From Utricularia gibba (Eukaryota; Plantae; Magnoliophyta): a DNA stretch of 64,000 bases. The notes beneath the pieces are model-generated. The model was not told the DNA's origin. It ran no database searches and saw only the letters and a program-made list of their open reading frames with translations. This document shows, piece by piece, positions 12,713-26,266 of this stretch (its first letter is position 1; every line of letters begins with the position of its first letter). The DNA is taken from assembly GCA_002189035.1 (NCBI GenBank), contig NEEC01000004.1, positions 2,728,001 through 2,792,000 on the forward strand, read 5' to 3'. A program made the position numbers and the translations under genes.

Positions 12713-15700
12713 TCATTCCACCACAGCAGATCTCCTTTCCAACAAAGATTCCAAAAACTCTGAGCAAAGCTTGTCCATAGGAGGAAGAATGTGAGATGGC
12801 CCGCAGAATATCGTCTTCCATGATTTCTCAGATGGCACAGATGAAATTGGGGCCTGATCTGTTTGAGATCTCATTTCTGGCAATTCACCATACATGGACG
12901 TATACCCGTACATACCTGCTACCAGCAAGATGTACCATTAACCCGTGTGAAAAAGCAAAGCCAGATGAATGCAATCGTGAGAGTTATGATCACTTGGTAC
13001 AAAACTCAACTCACCTGCATCCTTGTCAGCAACAAAATTCCTCGAGCGGGAGCTATCGGACGTGCTTGATTCATTTTTATATGGATTAAAGATAACATAC
13101 TCGTGATCAGCATTTATAAAAGCAAGAAGTTCATCAGTTGTTTTTGTCTGTGCAACTTCGTTCTCTGATGTAGGATGTGACCGAACAAAGGAAAGCCCTG
13201 CACCCTGAGCCTGGAAAGTAAGATTTCATGTAAATCATTAGCTAGCGAGTCAACAGATCCCAATGACACTAAAGATCACACTTCTGGTAGAATATATACC
13301 ACTTCCTTTTACAAACAGCTATACCAACAAGGTAACCATTTTTATTTTATGGTTCATAGATGAAGCACAAGATGACCCATACGTGCATCAGAAGAAATAT
13401 CAATTACTCCAAACAGCCACTACTGTTGCCCATTACAACAAAAGTTTATAAATTTAGGGAATCATGACAGCCTAGCCACATCGAAAAATAAGGTGATGCA
13501 AAAAATGATTCAGGAAAAGAAAAGGTATGACTGGTTTGTCAGAACTCATAGTCAAACCTTGCTCACAAACCACATTGACAAGGGCACTGGGTTTTCTGGG
13601 CTGAAAATCAAGATCACCCCTTTTTCGCTCTTTGTCATGTTTCCTTGTTTTGGTAGACTAGCAAGAACAGCAAAGGCAGAATGGCTCATTGAACAGGCAA
13701 CCGCTGAAGATGGAGACACACACGTGATTGATAACAAAATTTACTGATGTGAACATTCAGTCCATGAGCTTTAGAAGATAAGATAGCAAATAAGTAGCAC
13801 ATTGTAACAAACAAGATAGCAATTTTCCAATCTTGACTTGTGAAAAAAAATATTTCATTTGGCAGAAAGGCTCACGATCTCAGGAAATATTGCAAAGGAA
13901 ATTTATTATATATCAAACCAAGTCAAAACTGGCCATGCCTGTCCATAAAATAAACATTGTGGACAACATAGTTTATGCTCCCATTCAATAATTCAAAGAG
14001 ATAACATGAAGCCTGAAAGCAACCCATGTTACCATGGAAGAAACTAGCAATTTTGTATAATGAGAATTATGAAGATAACTGAAAATAAACCTCCCAGAGA
14101 AAACAGTGCACTCACAGTGTACATCAAGCTTGTAGCACCAAGTTCTGCACAACTTTGACATACTCCATATGCTCAACTGTGGGTTTGAACCGTGTGAAGC
14201 AGAGACAAGATAATCGGATGTTCCTATAAACTCCAAAGCTGATATTGACTGCAGATATAAAAAAAAAATCTGAGAAAATACTGGAAACCGTAGGTCCCGA
14301 TTGTCTTAAAAAAAAGTTATTATACACCCAGACTATACGCCAGTAAAATGAAGAAGTCTGAAAATAACCTCCGGGCTATCTCCAATTACATCAAGCAAAA
14401 CATTTCTGATTGGATCCCACAGAGTAATAACAGTTCCTGCTGCAACAGCCAAGACAGACCCATCACCAGAAAATGCAGCAGCCGTCATTGCCTTCCCTCT
14501 GCCACATATCAACTCTCTTAACATAGGTTTTTGAAAGATAAACTGAGAATTTTTGAGGGAATATTATATGTGAACACTAAAGGCCTATAAGAACGTAGTG
14601 GCAAAGGAGCAGTGAAAATGATGAAAAAAAATTGGATACACTCTTTTGAAATACACCAACTTAGAATAGCAAAATTAAAGCCTGACAACACATTCCTGTG
14701 CTTTGAATCAAATAATGAACTACACATTGAAGGAAAAATTACCCCAGTGACCTTAACTGATATTTCAAAATAATGCATTTCAATTACAACAAAATACGCA
14801 TTTACAAATTTATAAAAAGACATGGAATTTTCGAGGAGTACTTGTAGGATCCAACCGCATGGCATAACCAGCCACTATTCTGAATCACATCTTCATTTTT
14901 TGGAAGCTTATGTCTACCTACCCATATCTGCAGGAGAGAAAATCAAACCAAGAACACCCAAAGGAAAAATCATACACAGCCTCTACCTTAAAATCACCAC
15001 CATATGATGAGCTAACAGCCATGCATTCACTTGGATGAAATGCTATGGAGGAGACGTTGGCTCCCCTGAACAATTTAATAACATGTGCGAAGTTTATACT
15101 CACACCTGGTACTACAAAAAATTTGCTAATATACGCAAAACCTGTGAGGTTCATAAATGAGGGTAGCCAGGCTGAAGGTCTTGCTCTGTAAATCACATGC
15201 CCAAAACTTGAGACTGACAAGACTGCCTATTCCTTCTTCAGCGCATCTTGATTCAACAGTACACATTGTACAACCATCCGGTGAAAGAGCTACTAAACTC
15301 ACTTTAATCTGTCAAAAAAAATTATCTTTACAAATTATCCGATCAATTATAGATATCTAGGGTATATGACATCTTGAAGTAGCATCCACAGAAGCCACAT
15401 AGCAATTCCCAAGAACCAAATAAACAACACAAGAAAAAACTCCAATCCAACAGATGATTCATATTCTACATCAATAAAAAAGATCTTTGAATTTTAACAT
15501 TAATGATTCATTTTTTTACCGTGATTTCATCTCCTGGATGATGGTTCCTCTCACAGATTTGAACCTGCAACCAAAAACACCAAGGGACTCACCAACTAGA
15601 ACAAGAAAAGATAATAACCCTCGAAAGGGAGTTGTACAATGATTAACAGTAAGAAGGAAATGATGTAAGTAAATCACTTAGGCTGACATCTGAAATTTCA

Positions 15701-17900
15701 CGGTCATCAAACAAACTGTAAAACTGGACACGGTAATTTTCTGTGGGTACTGTAATCATCCCAGCAATGCCGTTAATGGCCACAGATAAGCGACCTCTCT
15801 CATACGTTTCCATTGAACATGCAGGCTGTATCCAACAAAAAAAATGGATCCTAAGCATATCAAACTGTGCTAATTCTGATACAAAAAAATAATAATTGGA
15901 ACAAAGAGAAAAGAGTATTTCTCTTGTGCACTCTGCTGACAAACATGACGGACAACATACAAAAGGGATATTTAATTAAACAACCGAATACAAATTCAAT
16001 ATTTGATTCTGTTACTTAAAATAATGGGACTAGTAGCTTTGAGCACATACCTTAATTCCTGAAATAGACTGTACGACATTCATGGAAGGCATTTCAAGAA
16101 GATGAATTCTATTTTCTGCACAGGATATCTGAAATATTTCATTGAATAAGATCCCTTTAATAAAGTGTGCAGGCATTTGAAAGTACTAAGTAGACAACTG
16201 ATACTCCATACACATGATAATGAAGAGTCGGAAGAATTTATGAAATGCAGAACGGATGATCCAATTCGAGGTAAGAATTTCTTCTTTCCAGTGTCTAACT
16301 GCCAGACCACTAAAACACCTTCTCTTCCACCTGAAGCAAAAGTTGTGCAACTCCAAATTGAGGTAAAAACCCGCTAAAAGAATAAGCATCACTCAAAAAG
16401 CGTCAGCATTAATAATTACTTAGTATACCTGAATACAAATGGCTACCATCTGGAGAGAAGAATAGCACGTTCACCGATGTAGAGTGCCAATGCCATGTTG
16501 TGCAGGAATCAGCATCATCATCGCCCCTTACACCGGGCCTATCCTCAACATTCTTTTTCAGTCCACTATCACTTAACTTCATACTATCAGAAAATGCTCG
16601 ATGCCCAACACCTCTCCATATTAGAATTCTTCCAGTGGCATCACCAGCTGCTACCATCCTCTCAGTTGGATGAAAGGCCAAAGTAGTGAATGTTTTAGTA
16701 TGATGCAACCTAATTTGCCGGTAATCAACATGATCACTATCACTTCCTGGAATTTCCCATATCCTAAGCTTCCTTTTGTCATGAAGTCCAATGAACTTTC
16801 CTGAGGTGCAAGCTGCTATGGAAACTGGTCTAGGAATCTGAATAGGATAAGCGCCTTGTTATTATAGTCAAAAGTAACAAAAAAAAACCTCACTAAAACC
16901 CCGAAAATGGAAAGGTAAAGAGATTCTTAAAAACCCTGAATACCTGTATTTAGCGATACAGATCAAGGCTGCAAATAGTATTAAAAGAAACACAAAAAGG
17001 AGCGAAAGAATAAGCACCTCAGCCAATGTAACTCCACGAACTAAGCGAGATTTGGTCAAATTACATTTTTGAATCTGAAAGCCCAAAGAATCTGTTCTTC
17101 TTCCACTTCCTTTGGCACCCTCAATGCAGACATATGCATAAAGATCAGAATCCTTCATACTGATTTCAGATACTGGGGCTAATAGGTTAGGAATCACCTG
17201 AAAAACAGCAAAAACAAAATCACATATAGAGAATAAAAACGGAATTCGTCATACCTTTACATGAATCAGGGAAATCATATACTATAAAACAGCACTAATC
17301 ACAATAAGAAATTTTTTGGCATGTCCAACTGCCAAAGTGGTGTCAAACTTTTGTATCCCATACCGCAGCTTAAATTCCCACCCCCCTCATCAGCAGATCA
17401 AGATATGCTTTTGAAGACAATTTTGTAACCAAGCTTAGGTACATGTCAGACGGAAGTACCCAAAAGAAAATGTCTAGAGAAACCACAATGACTAAAGAAA
17501 CTAGTGAGCAGGAAATGTTACCATCGAGTGAATGGGGTAAAGAATACTGATGCTTCTCATCAACTCGGGTGCAGTGAACTCCCAAATTTTGATGGTCCCA
17601 TCGAGGGATGCCGTCCAACAATGGTTTAGACGTTTACACGTTGTAGAAGAAGCAGGAACCACAATAACAGCGGTCACCTGAGCCCGATGACCCTCCAACT
17701 CACCGGTCTGACAAAGAAAAAAAAGAACTTCTAGAAAACCAAACAAAATCCAATAAAACAGAGCATTCCCAGAAGTGAACCTGCAGCCCAGTGGAGACGC
17801 TGAAAACGGATACGGTGTTTCCGGTGCATAGAAGGATCCTCTTGGCATCGTTGGAGAAGGCGGGTGGTGAAGACACGAAGCTTCTTCCGCCAATCACCAT
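12713..17900 (-). CDS. WDR75: WD repeat-containing protein 75 / UTP17 (Nan1) homolog, SSU processome t-UTP; at least ~15 coding exons
   Basis: ATG at 17900 (MVIGGRSFVSSPPAFSNDAKRILLCTGNTVSVFS). Later exons encode ELEGHRAQVTAV..CWTASLDGTIKIW, TLAFHPTERMVAAGDATGRILIW, CTTWHWH..FFSPDGSHLYSGGREGVLVVWQLDTGKKKFLPRIG, SIAFHP..MAVSSSYGGDFKIW and AAAFSGDGSVLAVAA. The C-terminus is GPSHILPPMDKLCSEFLESLL..* (stop at 12713). The exons I traced splice GT-AG in frame. Confidence 0.92.
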
Positions 17901-17919
17901 CCTTCCCTTCTCTTGAGAA

Positions 17920-17994
17920 TTAGGGTTTACGGCAGTATAAACCCCAGGAGCTAGCCACTTTCGGTTGCAGTCGGAACCCGATAGATCGTGGGCC
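17920..17994 (-). promoter_or_regulatory. Telo-box plus Site II upstream of WDR75
   Basis: AAACCCTAA (reverse complement of ttagggttt, 17920-17928) lies ~20 bp upstream of the ATG; TGGGCC at 17989-17994. Confidence 0.6.
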
Positions 17995-18627
17995 GCCACC
18001 GCGGATTTAAATATATATATATATATATATATTAACTTAATCCATATCACATTGTAACCATAAACTCGTGGACCGACCTAATTTCTTTCATCTACTATAT
18101 GAAAACAAAAATACACATATGAATTTCCTATTATGTATAATAAATATACTTTTTGTTAATAATATAACCATAAAACATCTCAACTACATTTTTTTTTTGT
18201 AAAAATTGGCATAATTTCTTCATTCATGATAAATTAAAAGGATAATTGCATATAAAGAGAAGAAAGAATCTCTTTGGAGGAGAGAAAACTGATCAGTTTT
18301 GAACTCATAACTCACATTACTCAATGACATCGTGTCAGGATTTAGAGTTATGCCCCAATTTAGGCCAAGTGTCAAAGTTTTGCATAGATCGAGTGACCAC
18401 ATCACCTGGTATGGATGGAGTTAATCACAACACTCGGGTTTGCCCTCTCTTTTTTGCCATTCGGCCTCTCACTTGGGCCCCGAACTCAACTACAAGCCCA
18501 TTGTTGGTCCTTGACACGAGACTCATTGGGCTGTGCAACTACAATATGTCTGACCAATAACCTCTCTTCATTTTTGAGATGATGAGAGTGTTTTACATTA
18601 CTTGTAATAAATTAACTTATAAGTAGT

Positions 18628-19232
18628 TGATGAGTCCCAAGAAGATAATGAAGTGTATTTAAAGAATGATGAGGAATTTGTCCAAATGAACACATTAGAG
18701 ACAAAGATCATTTCACCAAGATCAATGATTAGGAGCAAAAGCAAGATGCTTGAAGATATACTTAAGGCTCTCCTTAATACTATTGGAATCAAACATAGGT
18801 TTGAAGACATCCCATCAAAAGAGCTCAAATACATGAAGGTGGATTTATTTTAAAGCATTGGGCTTGTTAGACTTTTCTATTTCATTTAATTTGGACCAAA
18901 TAATGTTAGAGCCTAATCCTAGAATATAAATAATCTAGAGTTGTACTCTTTCAGGACCTTTAGTTCATTTTCATGTATGTTGTGAGGATACTCCTCTTCT
19001 TTGAATGCTTAAACACTCTTAAATTATCAAGTTTTGAGCTTGTGGCATCCTAGGATTATCACTTCTAATCCCTTCTCTTTTCTAAAGTGTGGCTCCTACT
19101 TTTCTTTGTTTTGAAATCTGGTTGCAAGAGATTCATTCTCTTGAAGGTAGACTTGGGTGGGTTATTTTCTAAGCTTCAAAATCAACTCTTGTTCATGGGT
19201 TGCTACTCTCTATAGATTAAAGGGTTACATCA
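18628..19232 (+). mobile_element. Solo LTR (605 bp) with 5-bp TSD GTAGT
   Basis: Starts TGATGAGTCC and ends GTTACATCA; GTAGT flanks both sides (18623-18627 and 19233-19237). Homologous to the inverted LTR fragment at 59166-59574. Confidence 0.85.
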
Positions 19233-19599
19233 GTAGTAGTAATTACAAGTTAACCTAAACTAAAAAATAAATAGGAGATGTTTGTTTTACCTTATTTGTA
19301 AAATTTATAAGTAAAAGTTAATAGTGTTTGATATAATTTTTAAATGTGTAAATAAAAATCTAAAATATCCTTATATTCATTTAAATGCTTTTAATAATAT
19401 AAATTATATTTATTATTCCCATATAATTATAATAATATCAACACAAATCTTGTTCAATCATAATAACATGCATAATAAAAGATAGATTGAGTTATATAAA
19501 CTTTGAAAATAACAAGGGATAAACTAAAGTTGATATTAGGATATATTTTTAATTCATTCTATTAATTGATGCACATATTGCATCATGTAAGGCATTCAT

Positions 19600-20800
19600 A
19601 TATCCATTTTAAGTTGAAGATGCAAAAGCTTTTGCCACTGGTAGAGCTGTTTGAGAATTATATGGTGGAGTTCAATTATTAGCTTTAAAATGTAAGAAAT
19701 TCGGATCATTTGCATCAACTCTTTTGATAAAATTGTAAATTACCATAGTTGTTGATACAATAAGCACATGATCTTACTATGAAAATCCTCAAAGAAGTCT
19801 GTTAACCATGTCGAATTTCGTCTTCCATATTCCAAAACATCGCTCATTTACAGAATGTAAAGAAGAGTGTCGATACTTGTACATTTATGCAGGATTTCTA
19901 ACTCATGAATTCTCATGAAACTTTTCCAAATGTTACTTTTGACCTCTATATGGTGTAAAAAAAAATGTAATATTCATATACCCAGAATCCGCAAGGTAAT
20001 ACTTATCTAGTGATGGCAATGGAAAATTATTTTCGGGTGAATGCATAACTCGTGATAATATTGAACTATCATGCATTTGTCCTTCATATCTTGAAGCTAA
20101 ACAAATGAACAACATATTGAAGTCGCATATTGTCAAAATATTCTATGTGGCTTCACGGTATTGATCAAAATAAGGACGTCTATCTTCTTTTCTAATTCTC
20201 TCAAGAATATGAGTACCATCAATGGCACCAATTGCATCTTGAAAATGAGGTCGAAATCGAGAATCATTTCTTATTTTTGCAGAGGGAGTCAACATATCAC
20301 TCGTTGGGATAATAAATTCAGAAGTCATATTTGCACAAGCATCAAGAACTGCATGAAAACTTTGACTTACAGTATATCCATAACGTTGAAACCATTCTTG
20401 AAGTAAACGGTTACTACATTTCAAACCCATTGCCAAGAGAAACGATGCCACTTGTTCCTCAACAGAGATTGTGCGCGTGGCTATTAAACCATAGCATTCA
20501 TATAAAATGTTATATAACCTATGAAATGTTTTTCGTTCCATTCAAAGTAGTTGATATGAACGAATCCAATGGCCTTCTAGTATACTCTTCAACCATGTAG
20601 CTCCAGATAACTCTCTATCTCGACAAGGCATTCTTACGAAAATGCATTGGTAAAATTCAAGAATGGATTGTGCTAGTGTCGCTATAACAGATACTATTTC
20701 AACACTTGGAGTCTCACCTTCATCTTTAGAATAATTGGTGCGTAGGGAAGAGTTATTGGAAGAAGACATGGATGCGTTATGTTTCAAAATGATGTATAGC
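19600..20800 (-). mobile_element. PIF/Harbinger transposase pseudogene (DDE_Tnp_4-like)
   Basis: MERKTFHRL..ISVEEQVASFL..SNRLLQEWFQR..TVSQSFHAVL..FRPHFQDAIGAIDGTHI (20143-20541) and CDFNMLF..EGQMHDSSIL..KYYLADSGY..TPYRG (19933-20136). Stops and frameshifts present. Confidence 0.85.
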
Positions 20801-20911
20801 CTTAATTTTATAGATGAAAAAGGTGGTATCTTTGTAAAAAATCACATGCAATAGTTGTAGAAACCAACATGCAATTGTCGTTGAAAGGAAAATACATCTA
20901 ATAAAAGATAT

Positions 20912-20986
20912 GGAATTGATGCAGAAAAGCACATAGAATTGATGCAGAAAAGCATAGGGAATTGATGTAGAAAAACACATGGAATT
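20912..20986 (+). repeat. 23-bp tandem repeat x3
   Basis: ggaattgatgcagaaaagcacat / agaattgatgcagaaaagcatag / ggaattgatgtagaaaaacacat. Confidence 0.8.
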
Positions 20987-21093
20987 ATTACATAAAATCA
21001 AATTCAGTCAGACATCCACATGAAATGGTTCAACTTTAAAGAAAACAATGTTCTTACTACATTTCAATTTCACCTACTAATATTAAAAGAAAA

Positions 21094-21400
21094 CTATTTT
21101 AGATTAGCACTCTTATATGCTATGATAAATGCCATCGTCTCTTCATTACTTGTTATACTCATAAAAGCTTCATGATAAATAGTCTTGCCAAATGCCAATG
21201 CAATAGCTCCAAACACATGCAAATCCTCCCATGTTTTTGGAATTCCCCTTACTATATCTAAGCACTCTATAATTAAGGGTAACTTTGGTCTTTGAGGCAC
21301 AAATGAATAAGATAGTAATATACCTCTTGTGGACTATCATAAAAATGATGATTGTTCATTCATTCCAATATCAATATTGCTGAAAAAGTCATCATCTTGA
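21094..21400 (-). pseudogene. C-terminal part of the PIF/Harbinger ORF1 (Myb/SANT-like accessory protein), truncated by an LTR insertion
   Basis: IIECLDIVRGIP..LHVFGAIALAF..YHEAFMSITSNEETMAFI resembles the conserved tail of Harbinger Myb/SANT ORF1. It lies upstream of, and in the same orientation as, the transposase. Confidence 0.5.
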
Positions 21401-21418
21401 ATATTTATGCTATCTAAG

Positions 21419-24100
21419 TGTTGCGTGTCGTTTCTTCAAAAAATTTTAAATATTTATAAAACGTAAAACACAAAAAGCGTAGTACGAGTATCAATTTCAG
21501 GGAATTGTTTTTTGTGAAAAGTGTTTGTAAAACAAAATGTCACGGTTTTACAAAAAGGAGTTTTTAAGATATAGAAACAAAAGTTACAACCTAAGTGATG
21601 GGCCTTGACTACGGTACGCAGTTCTTGGGAATAAAATTCCATCTCCTTCCTTTGTCCGTCCTTGCCTCGCTTTTCACTGATTTCTTCCGAATAGTTGGTT
21701 ATAGGAGCAAGGAATAGTCTACTCTCCCTTACACTCTGATTGACAAGGAGGCATGGGAATAGCCTCATGTGATTCCCCCTTGGACGATTAGGAAGACAAG
21801 AGGATTCCCTTCGATTGCCTTCAAAACCGAATTGCGCGCGTGTGCCCAGCTGTTGCCAATGACGAGTGGGAGGTCCGAGGTCACAACCTGTCCACTGTCG
21901 CGGTACCTAGGCCACAAACAATCCACTACTTCCCTCGAACCAATAGGGTTGGAGTTGGTGCTCTTCACCTTGATATTCAATAAAATCCGCGAATAGTGGC
22001 CTACTACTCATGGACCTTGACTAAGAATCGTTACAAAAAGACTGCAACAAGACGTGTGGAAGTATGCAAAATCCGAATTGAATTCAGCGAATAACTGAGT
22101 GTATTGCTCATGACTTGGAAGGAAACTTCATCTACTTCCCAAAAACTAAAGGTTTTTAGCCATAAAGGGCCATGAAAACAGAATTGAAATTGGAAGCTAA
22201 GTGTTCTTCCTCGAAGCGGAGGAAAAACTCAAAAGTTCTAAGTTTAGAAAGGAAAATGACAAAAGTCCGAAACTAAGTGCTCCAAGTGGCTTTTATATAA
22301 CTCTCCACGAGCATTAACTCATTTGGGTCCCCTTCCCATCATTCCTTCTGTCTTGCGTGCGCCATCAGGTTTTCTTTGCGTGCAAGTTTGCGCCCAATCA
22401 TTGATGCAGACTCTGACATGCCGTAAGTCAGGGGCCTTGACCAATGTCAGTCTTCCGCCCACAATCGTTCCAACTCGGGTACAAGGCATGAAAACTTAGA
22501 GTCTGACCACCTGCAATACTACTACAACACTCCATGACAGTCTCCTGACATGCCTCGGTCAAAATGTGAGAAAAAAGACAAAAAATATATACAAAATAGG
22601 AAAATAGGGATTTTCTAATAAAAATCAAATACTTAATAATAAAAATCCTAATTGGGCGACTTAGCACTAGATTAATACCTAATAATATCAAATAAATAAC
22701 TAGAAAATGACACTTAACATATTCCCCACACTTAAATCATGCTTGTCTTTAAGTATGAAAATCATAGCAGTCCACGAAAAAGGGCAGAACCTAAGTCATG
22801 ATGCATTATTAAGGTACATTCATCCTACAGCAGGCATTTACTTCAATTTTTTTCCTATCTTTCAATCAAATTAAGGCAAGCCCCTTAAGTTTGCATGCAT
22901 CATGTAAAGACTTAACCAATGACTACTTATACACTAACATCATCAAGGCAAAAACAGCAAAGAACATACACTATAGTGACTCAAGACCTTTTTCTCTCTC
23001 TTTTTTTTTTAGATAGAGGTCCTCGCTTTGTTTCATCACATAACAATGGCCCGCCATTTCATTAAACTCTTTCAAAATCCCATGCCACCCTTAAGAATTG
23101 ATACATGTTCCAAGCATATTATTTACATAAACTTGAGGAGCACAAGCTTCCAAAAATATGAGTAGCATTTTCATCCCAAGCAGTACTGAAGGTAGGTGAA
23201 GATAGTTATTATTTATCGATGTGTTCCATGTTTTCAAAATTGATTATTATATCATTTAATTATAAACATCTAATACTATTTCAAATAATTTTTTTTAAAA
23301 AAAAGGTAAAATAACAAAATTGCACATATAAAAATTAAATTTCTTGCATCTAATATATACCAAAACAAAAAAAGATCCAATAAATCTTCGTTAGCCTATA
23401 GATGGTTGCATTACATACACAATAATCACAAAAATATAGAAGATTTTGATGAATGCATACAACAAAACAAGTCAATAGTATCATTAAATCACATATAGAC
23501 AAGGAAAACATAAAGATCATAACTTTTTAGGCAACTAGTTACTCAAAATGTTAAATTGCAACAACAAAAGTAAGAAAGAAGAAAACTATGCGTCAGTTAA
23601 GTCAATCTCCCTGCATAAGCAAGGGCACACAACACCAAGGAAAATAAGATTTGTGAAAAAAAAAGCCACCCCATGGATCAGTTGCTCCTAGTATTAAAAA
23701 AAATATCGAAAATAGAAAAAAAAAATCCTCAAGATTCCGTGTTTAGAAGAAAATAAACTTGATGAAATATAAGTGTAGGCTTTGACCTAAAACAATAAAA
23801 AAAAGATCCCTCTTGTGATAAAAAGGTAAAAACAAAGGAATTAGATATTGTGATTTAATACAAAATTTCCATAAATAACATTTAACAATGACAATAAATC
23901 AATTTGATATTATGTTCTAATACAAAACATAAATCCTAAAATCATCCCCAAATCACAAATGATACTAAATTTCGAATATAATTAAATACATATTTCAAAT
24001 AAGTTTCACATTTGAATAAACATCCATTTCATATAATCAAATATTACATTTATAACCTCTCACGAAAATATAAACTAGAAACGCACCACAAACCTCCACC
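21419..24100 (-). mobile_element. Athila-like Gypsy 3' LTR (21419-22717) plus 3' internal non-coding region
   Basis: On the minus strand the LTR starts TGTTAAGTGTCATTTT (22717) and ends CGACACGCAACA (21419). It is preceded by an Athila-type PPT, TTTAAGTGTGGGGAATA (22718-22734). The right boundary is approximate. Confidence 0.65.
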
Positions 24101-24530
24101 AAAGAGTCCTAGGATAAATGTCCCGATAAATTAAAATTTCCATCATTTTATATTTCAATATGAGGTCATATCAGTAATTTCACAGGATTTTTTTTTTATT
24201 TAAGTTACAATTAAGTAACTATATATCTATTTTTAAAATACTACTTATAAGTAACTTATAAATCATAACTTATAAGTTAGAAAAAAATTCATTTAATAAA
24301 TTTACTACTTGTAATTTGGTTAAGTTATTTATAAGTTATACAAAACACCTTCAATATTCTTTTTTTTGCTAGACATAACCAGCTTTGAGTATAAGATTTA
24401 AATGATATCTATATTATCAAATTACTTAAAGCATTGAATAAACAAATTGATCAGCTCATTTATCATGTAAGTTATTTTGGTGTATGTATTATAGAGATAA
24501 TTAACTCATTGACAAATTTTATACTAAAGT

Positions 24531-24758
24531 AGTGTTTTGAAAAATATTTAAAAAATATTTTTTTCAAAATTATTTTAGAAAAATAGAAATAATAAGTAAA
24601 AGTAAACTATTTCTTACTTTTCCAAAAATAATTTTTGTAGTATAATTTTAAAAGTATTTTTTTGGTAAAATTACTTTCACAATTGATAATATTCCAAAGT
24701 AAAATTATTTTAATTTTTTGAAAAATAGAAATATATTTCAACAATTTTCCAAAACATT
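24531..24758. mobile_element. Tourist-like MITE
   Basis: TIR-like ends agtgttttgaaaaa ... ttttccaaaacatt; similar to 56866-57076. Confidence 0.5.
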
Positions 24759-25664
24759 GCTTAAATATAATGAAACCTCTTGCACAACTATTAGTAGATC
24801 ATATATTGTATCTTCTCCAATAAATCTGAATATTTGACTTGCTTGAAGTATTTGCATTTATGTGATTCCAAATATTCCATATTGCAACATATGGCACGAC
24901 CTTTGTAGTACTTTTAATTTATTGGTGATGTTATTTGTATGGGAAAGTATGATATATCCATATCTCATCTTGATACTAATGTGGATGCAATGATCTTGAT
25001 CTTAATTCCAAAAATGCTCTACCTCACATTCAGTCAAAACACAACAAATTGATTCCTGACACCTTTCGCATTCTTCAAATATAGTAGTAGTCAATCACCT
25101 GTTGTTTATTCAAATTTTTGGTGATTGGTAATATGTTGTTAACTATTTGTCATATATGATAGTTGATGTTTCTTGATACTCATCTCTCCCAAGTGATACT
25201 ATGCATTTGGCATGTTTCGAATACTTATTGTTTTCCTAAGTCATAAACATCTTGACTATTGAAAACTTTTTCCTTTGTGTCAATGATCATATTGTCTTTG
25301 AAGATAATATTCAGTGCACCCCCTTGTGGAAGATCATTCAGTCTTTGAAATTCTGTTCTTGTGCAGCCTCTAAGCATTGCTCTCTATATTGTCTTTCATA
25401 TCTATACATCATCTCTAATTTCTCTCATCTCAAGTTGTTTTTTTTATTAATAGTCATTTGGCAAGTCTTCGAAACATTGCTTGTAAGAATCTCTATGTAA
25501 TCCATCTATCAAACAAAAATCTTATTTTCTCTACATTTCCACTCTTCCATCATATACTTGATATTAATGATAATCCAAGATGGTGTCATTCATTGTTCAC
25601 ACTAACAATTATTGACCATAATGAGTGCAACAAAGAACTTCAAGATGATATTCTTGTTCAACAC

Positions 25665-26191
25665 TGATAGGGGATAAATCAGTCGAGGGTAACTGGCTTC
25701 CAAAAGGCTGCCAAAAGAGACTCTGAGGGGATAATGCCAATCGATAGACCGATATCTGTCAGAAATCTGACAGGTATGGCCATATGACACAGTCAGAAAA
25801 GCGGCCAAATTACGGCATAACAGGCAGCCGATATCTGAAAAGTGAAATCGTATAACAGGTGTAGAAAGCAACCAACATTTGCAGACGTCAAGATTCGGTC
25901 AGATTGAGCTCTTTTATAAATAGAAGGAACTATGACGAAAAGGTGGTTGGACTCTGAGAACTCTTCAACTTGTATCCTCTTCTTGGCCACCTCCGTCTAG
26001 TGGAAATCTTTTCCGGCAAACTCTGATAGCTCCGTGGTTTTTCCGTCTTCCGGCGGTTTCCACATAAAAATCTTTGCTTACTCTCATTTCAACCGAACCA
26101 ACCGTGAAAAACGCAATGAAGTATGATATTCCCGATTGCACTTATCACCCTAAAATCGGCCCCCCATCGGACATCGATTTTACCCACAACA
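25665..26191 (+). repeat. 5' LTR (527 bp)
   Basis: TGATAGGGGATAAATC...TTTTACCCACAACA; direct repeat of 31840-32366. Confidence 0.95.
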
Positions 26192-26193
26192 TT

Positions 26194-26212
26194 TTGACCC
26201 CCACCGTGGGGT
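26194..26212 (+). other. Primer-binding site, degenerate tRNA-Lys type
   Basis: ttgacccccaccgtgggg versus TGGCGCCCACCGTGGGG, the recalled complement of the plant tRNA-Lys 3' end; directly follows the 5' LTR. Confidence 0.65.
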
Positions 26213-26266
26213 AGATCTACAACCCCACTCGAGAAATCCACGAGAGTCGATCACTAAGTGTTGATC

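Noticed and set aside
11378-17893. Opposite-strand and intron-spanning ORFs overlapping NSA2 and WDR75
   Set aside because: Shadow ORFs or exon read-throughs into introns of the two real genes.
19600-20800. Domesticated Harbinger gene (ALP1/HARBI1-like)
   Set aside because: Broken by stops and frameshifts, with ORF1 interrupted; consistent with a decayed TE.
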